Source: Gammaproteobacteria bacterium
Lineage (GTDB): Bacteria > Pseudomonadota > Gammaproteobacteria > UBA4575
Direction: 5' to 3'
Assembly (NCBI GenBank): GCA_965243395.1
Contig: CBDEUS010000001.1
Location: forward strand, 256,001-320,000
Length of the DNA stretch: 64,000 bases
Shown: positions 59,578 to 64,000 of the stretch, piece after piece
Position numbering within the stretch: the first letter of the stretch is position 1
Layout of the letters: each line of letters starts with the position of its first letter
The notes under the pieces: model-generated
What the model was told of the DNA's origin: nothing
Databases searched by the model: none
Seen by the model: only the letters and a program-made list of their open reading frames with translations
Made by a program: the position numbers and the translations under genes

Positions 59578-62139
59578 ATGGCTGCAATTGCCAAAGAAAT
59601 TCTCCCGGTAAATCTCGAAGACGAAATGCGTCAGTCGTATCTCGATTACGCAATGAGCGTAATCGTTGGACGCGCCTTACCGGATGTACGTGATGGCTTG
59701 AAACCGGTGCACCGGCGTGTGTTGTATGCCATGAATGAGCTAGGTAATGACTGGAACAAGCCATATAAAAAATCTGCACGCGTAGTGGGTGATGTGATTG
59801 GTAAATATCACCCGCATGGAGATACAGCGGTCTACGATACGATCGTACGCATGGCGCAGCCTTTTTCAATGCGCTATATGTTGGTGGATGGCCAAGGCAA
59901 TTTTGGTTCGGTGGATGGTGATGCACCTGCGGCAATGCGGTACACCGAAATCCGCATGGCGAAGATTGCGCATGAGATTGTTGCTGATCTTGAAAAAGAC
60001 ACGGTTGATTTTATTCCTAACTATAACGATGAAGAAACTGAGCCCTCAGTTTTCCCAACGCGTATTCCAAATTTATTGGTCAATGGTTCATCCGGTATTG
60101 CAGTAGGGATGGCAACCAATATTCCGCCTCATAATTTAACTGAAGTAATTAATGCAAGTATTGAATTGATACAAAACCCAGAGGCTGATTACAAAGAATT
60201 GATGCAACATATGCCAGGGCCGGATTTTCCTACCGCAGCATTGATCAATGGCCGCGCAGGAATTATTGAAGCGTATCGAACAGGACGTGGACGCGTGCAC
60301 ATGCGTGCTCGAACACATATCGAACAAGATGAAAAGAGTGGACGCGAGAGAATCGTCGTTACGGAGTTACCCTACCAAGTAAATAAAGCAAACTTGATAA
60401 TAAAAATCGCAGACTTAGTTAAAGAGAAGCGAATTGATGGTATTGCATCAGATGGCTTGCGCGATGAATCCGATAAAGATGGTATGCGCATTGTAGTCGA
60501 ATTACGGCGCGGTGAAGTTAGTGAAGTTATTTTAAATAATCTATACAAACATACTGCGATGCAAAGTGTGTTTGGGATCAATATGGTGGCTTTGGTCGAT
60601 GGTCAGCCACGTTTGTTAAATCTTAAACAAATATTACAAGCTTTTATTCGTCATCGCCGTGATGTCGTTACACGTCGTACGATATTTGAATTAAGAAAAG
60701 CACGTGAGCGTGCGCATATTCTCGAAGGTCAAGCGGTTGCATTAACGAATATTGATGAAATTATCGCGTTAATTAAAAAATCAGAAAGTCCAGCTGTTGC
60801 AAAAGAAAAATTAGTTGCTAAATCTTGGAAGCCGGGTGTGGTGACTAAAATGCTGGATCGTGCAGGGGCAGATGCATCAAAGCCAGAGAACCTAGATCCT
60901 AAATATGGCATGCACAAAGGCGAATATTTGCTTTCGCCTACACAGGCACAGGCCATCCTAGATTTGCGCTTACATCGTCTAACCGGTTTGGAACAAGACA
61001 AAATAGTTAACGATTACAGTGATCTTTTAGAAAAAATTATCGATTTATTGGAAATTTTGCAAGATCCTGAACGTTTGTTGAAAGTAATTCGTGAAGAGTT
61101 GGAAGAAATTCGCGACAACTACGGCGACAAACGCCGAACTGAGATCACTGACGCGCAAGCTGATCTCACAATGGAAGATTTAATTCCTGAGGAAAATGTT
61201 GTCGTGACATTGTCACATGCGGGTTATGCAAAATCGCAGCCATTAGATACATATCGTGCGCAACGGCGGGGCGGACGTGGTAAAGCAGCAACATCTGTTA
61301 AGGCCGAAGATTTTGTTGATCAATTATTTGTTGCTAATACACACGATACAATTTTATGTTTTTCAAGTCGTGGCAAAGTTTATTGGCTAAAAGTTTACGC
61401 ATTACCGCAAGCAGGAAGAACAGCGCGAGGTAAACCGATTGTTAATTTGTTACCTCTTCAAGAAGGTGAGCGCATTAACGTAGTACTTCCGGTAAAAGAA
61501 TATAGCGAAGATGCGTATGTAGTGATGGTTGCAAGTAGTGGTACCGTAAAGAAAACAAAATTAACAGAATTTTCCAGACCACGCGCAAGCGGTATTTTAG
61601 CAGTTGATCTACGAGAAAATGATCGGCTCATTGATGTTGCTATAACAGACGGAAATACGGATTTACTATTAGTAAGTAGTGCGGGCAAAGCTATTAGATT
61701 TACCGAAGATGATGTACGTGCAATGGGTCGCAATGCTACAGGTGTGCGCGGCATTAAATTAGCGGCTGATCAACAAGTAGTATCTTTAATTACCATCAAA
61801 GAAAACATGAGCTCAACGGATGTCCTGGTAGCAACAGAAAATGGTTATGGAAAACGTACAGATATGAGTGAATATCCAGTACAAAAACGTGGTGGGCAAG
61901 GTGTTATCGCTATTCAGACCTCCGGACGTAACGGAAATGTGGTGGGTGCAGTTGCTGTATCCGATGACGATGAGATCATGCTGATTACCGATAGTGGCAC
62001 GTTAGTGAGGACACCTGTTAAAGATGTGTCTCGAATGGGGCGTAATACACAGGGCGTGAGACTAATTCGCCTTTCTGAAGATGAGCGTTTGGTTGAAGTA
62101 GAGCGTATCGAAAATCTTGTACAGCAAGAGAATGAATAA
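59578..62139 (+). CDS. gyrA: DNA gyrase subunit A
   Basis: HPHGD, AAMRYTE, GyrA-box QRRGGRG. Confidence 0.98.
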   Translation: MAAIAKEILPVNLEDEMRQSYLDYAMSVIVGRALPDVRDGLKPVHRRVLYAMNELGNDWNKPYKKSARVVGDVIGKYHPHGDTAVYDTIVRMAQPFSMRYMLVDGQGNFGSVDGDAPAAMRYTEIRMAKIAHEIVADLEKDTVDFIPNYNDEETEPSVFPTRIPNLLVNGSSGIAVGMATNIPPHNLTEVINASIELIQNPEADYKELMQHMPGPDFPTAALINGRAGIIEAYRTGRGRVHMRARTHIEQDEKSGRERIVVTELPYQVNKANLIIKIADLVKEKRIDGIASDGLRDESDKDGMRIVVELRRGEVSEVILNNLYKHTAMQSVFGINMVALVDGQPRLLNLKQILQAFIRHRRDVVTRRTIFELRKARERAHILEGQAVALTNIDEIIALIKKSESPAVAKEKLVAKSWKPGVVTKMLDRAGADASKPENLDPKYGMHKGEYLLSPTQAQAILDLRLHRLTGLEQDKIVNDYSDLLEKIIDLLEILQDPERLLKVIREELEEIRDNYGDKRRTEITDAQADLTMEDLIPEENVVVTLSHAGYAKSQPLDTYRAQRRGGRGKAATSVKAEDFVDQLFVANTHDTILCFSSRGKVYWLKVYALPQAGRTARGKPIVNLLPLQEGERINVVLPVKEYSEDAYVVMVASSGTVKKTKLTEFSRPRASGILAVDLRENDRLIDVAITDGNTDLLLVSSAGKAIRFTEDDVRAMGRNATGVRGIKLAADQQVVSLITIKENMSSTDVLVATENGYGKRTDMSEYPVQKRGGQGVIAIQTSGRNGNVVGAVAVSDDDEIMLITDSGTLVRTPVKDVSRMGRNTQGVRLIRLSEDERLVEVERIENLVQQENE

Positions 62140-62242
62140 AGCGCTTTTACAATAAATTCTGAATCGCCCACAAATGAAGTTATTTAGAAAACATTCTGAA
62201 TAATCATCATCAACTCTTTTTCCAATATTTTTAGATTCTAGT

Positions 62243-63340
62243 ATGTCTTCTGGTCACCAAGAAATTTTTTATTTTGGTGCAGGCCCTGCGACGTTGCCCC
62301 GCAAAGTCTTGAAGCAGATTAAAGAAGAGTTAGTTGATTATCAAAGTACTGGTTTATCCATATTAGAACATTCACACCGAAGCGAATTGTTCATCGAGTT
62401 GATGGAAAATGCGGAACATGTATTGCGCGAGTTAATGGCCATTACTGAAGATTATTCAGTATTGTTTCTACATGGTGGAGCAACTGCGCAATACTCAATG
62501 TTACCCATAAATTTTTTAGATAAAAATGACATTGCTGACTATATATGTACAGGTCATTGGTCGAGTAAGGCATGTGAAGAAGCCAAGCAGTTTGCACGCA
62601 TAAATGAAATACAAGCACTTGAGCAAAATGAAAAATCGAAAATAAAACCTGTTGAAAAATGGAATTTAAATTCTAATTCTGTTTATTTGCATTATTGTAA
62701 TAATGAAACAATCAATGGTATTTCCTATCCTGAAAGTATAAAACTCGACAGAACTATTGTTTGTGATATGACATCATCTATTTTGACGAGCCAAATGGAT
62801 ATCAATGATTATGATTTAATCTATGCTAGCGCACAAAAAAATTTAGGAATTGCGGGTTTATGCATTGTAATTGTCAGAACTGATTTATTGAATAAAGTTA
62901 AACGCAATGTGCCAAGAGTTTTTAATTATAAATTGTGTTATGAAAATAAATCGTTAGTAAACACGCCACCTATATTTGCAATTTATGTTTTAGGATTAAT
63001 GTTGAATTGGTTAAATGCTCAGGGCGGTGTAAATGAAGTTGATAAGTTGAGAAAACAACACGCCAGTGAGATATACAGTCTTATTGATAGTAGTGAGCTA
63101 TATCAAAATAATGTGGATCTTTCATTTCGTTCAAATGTAAATATTCCATTCACTATTGAAAACGAAAAAGTGCAAGAAGAATTTTTATTACAAGCGGAGA
63201 ATAATAAATTACTTGGTTTACGTGGACATAAGAGTGTGGGTGGTTTACGTATAAGCATATATAACGCTATGCCGATCCAAGGCGTTCAAAAGCTAATAGA
63301 ATTCATGCATGATTTTGAAAAGAATCATGCGAAAAGCTAG
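62243..63340 (+). CDS. serC: phosphoserine aminotransferase
   Basis: FGAGPATLP, SHRS, GGAT.Q, AQKNLG, NTPP, GHKSVGG.R.S.YNA. Confidence 0.93.
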   Translation: MSSGHQEIFYFGAGPATLPRKVLKQIKEELVDYQSTGLSILEHSHRSELFIELMENAEHVLRELMAITEDYSVLFLHGGATAQYSMLPINFLDKNDIADYICTGHWSSKACEEAKQFARINEIQALEQNEKSKIKPVEKWNLNSNSVYLHYCNNETINGISYPESIKLDRTIVCDMTSSILTSQMDINDYDLIYASAQKNLGIAGLCIVIVRTDLLNKVKRNVPRVFNYKLCYENKSLVNTPPIFAIYVLGLMLNWLNAQGGVNEVDKLRKQHASEIYSLIDSSELYQNNVDLSFRSNVNIPFTIENEKVQEEFLLQAENNKLLGLRGHKSVGGLRISIYNAMPIQGVQKLIEFMHDFEKNHAKS

Positions 63341-63347
63341 ATGGTAG

Positions 63348-63605
63348 CTATGCGTAGCGTTGATCGCGTTGGAGTCGGCGATCAAAGTAAACCATGGTTC
63401 CGTCTGAGCATGTCACAGGAAAACTGCAAGAAGTATTTTTTCTGCGCTCGATAGGTTTAGAGTTTTTGCGGTTATTTCTATCTTGCCTAGATCGGGATGA
63501 AAATACGGCATAAATAGACAAAACTGTGATACTAGAAATGAGAATGATTAAGTGAAAGGTTAGTAATAAGTTTACTAATTGCACGGCTGGCTTCTCCCCA
63601 CGCAT
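63348..63605 (-). CDS. possible small membrane protein
   Basis: one TM segment followed by an ERR...DRR basic tail. Confidence 0.35.
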   Translation of the reverse strand: MRGEKPAVQLVNLLLTFHLIILISSITVLSIYAVFSSRSRQDRNNRKNSKPIERRKNTSCSFPVTCSDGTMVYFDRRLQRDQRYA

Positions 63606-63742
63606 AAAATAACGTGATATTGCTGAGCTTTTGTAAATCAGTGTGTTATTAGATATTCAGCAAGTATGATGGGGGAATCATACATAACCTACTGTAAGGT
63701 AACAAGGATTTAAAATTGACGCAGACTAAATAGTTGAAATTT

Positions 63743-64000
63743 TCAGATTTTATAAAATTCTCGATACCACTCAACAAAATTTCTAATACCTGTTTCAACA
63801 CTAGTATTTGGTTTGTAATCAACATCTTGCACCAGTGCTTCGACATCGGCATAAGTATCCGGCACATCACCAGCTTGTAGTGGTAGTAAATTACGTTCTG
63901 CTTTTTTGCCCAGGCAGTCTTCTAAAACTTCTATGTAGCGGCTTAGCTCCACAGGAGCATTGTTGCCAATGTTATAAAGTCGGTAAGGTGCAAAGCTGCT
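63743..64000 (-). CDS. NAD-dependent epimerase (UDP-glucuronate 4-epimerase-like), C-terminal part, runs off the window
   Basis: [34 protein letters not shown]. Confidence 0.88.
   Translation of the reverse strand, partial: SSFAPYRLYNIGNNAPVELSRYIEVLEDCLGKKAERNLLPLQAGDVPDTYADVEALVQDVDYKPNTSVETGIRNFVEWYREFYKI

Noticed and set aside
753-62171. Many short ORF-track entries antisense to or overlapping strong genes (e.g. 753-968, 4433-4639, 10650-10976, 37127-37411, 59567-59935, 61914-62171)
   Set aside because: Shadow ORFs of well-supported genes with no independent motifs.

Overview
AT-rich gammaproteobacterial chromosome segment. Most of it is housekeeping: pckG, mazG, nadC, argD/argF/argG, rnt, grxD, mlaA, folE, yciI/yciO-S2P-trpS-scpAB-rluB, cysC, rmuC, gph-ubiG-deaminase/mtnA-gyrA-serC. 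It also holds a c-di-GMP locus with a c-di-GMP-I riboswitch, a sigma54 module and a ZnuD-like TonB receptor with tandem Zur-like boxes. The standout is an accessory region downstream of folE (about 25.1-31.9 kb and 35.5-37.45 kb). There, about 20 co-oriented copies of a 28-bp imperfect palindrome (consensus ATGWCCGCTWWYGRCCSAAAGCGGACAT) separate short, unrelated, mostly exported or membrane ORFs, all on the + strand. The layout resembles an integron cassette array, but the sites are not attC, CRISPR or canonical REP, and I see no recombinase in the window. Several repeats supply the stop codon or RBS of neighbouring genes. Three 101-bp repeat-45 bp-repeat units look like sigma70 promoter cassettes. 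All protein calls rest on motif recognition, not database searches.
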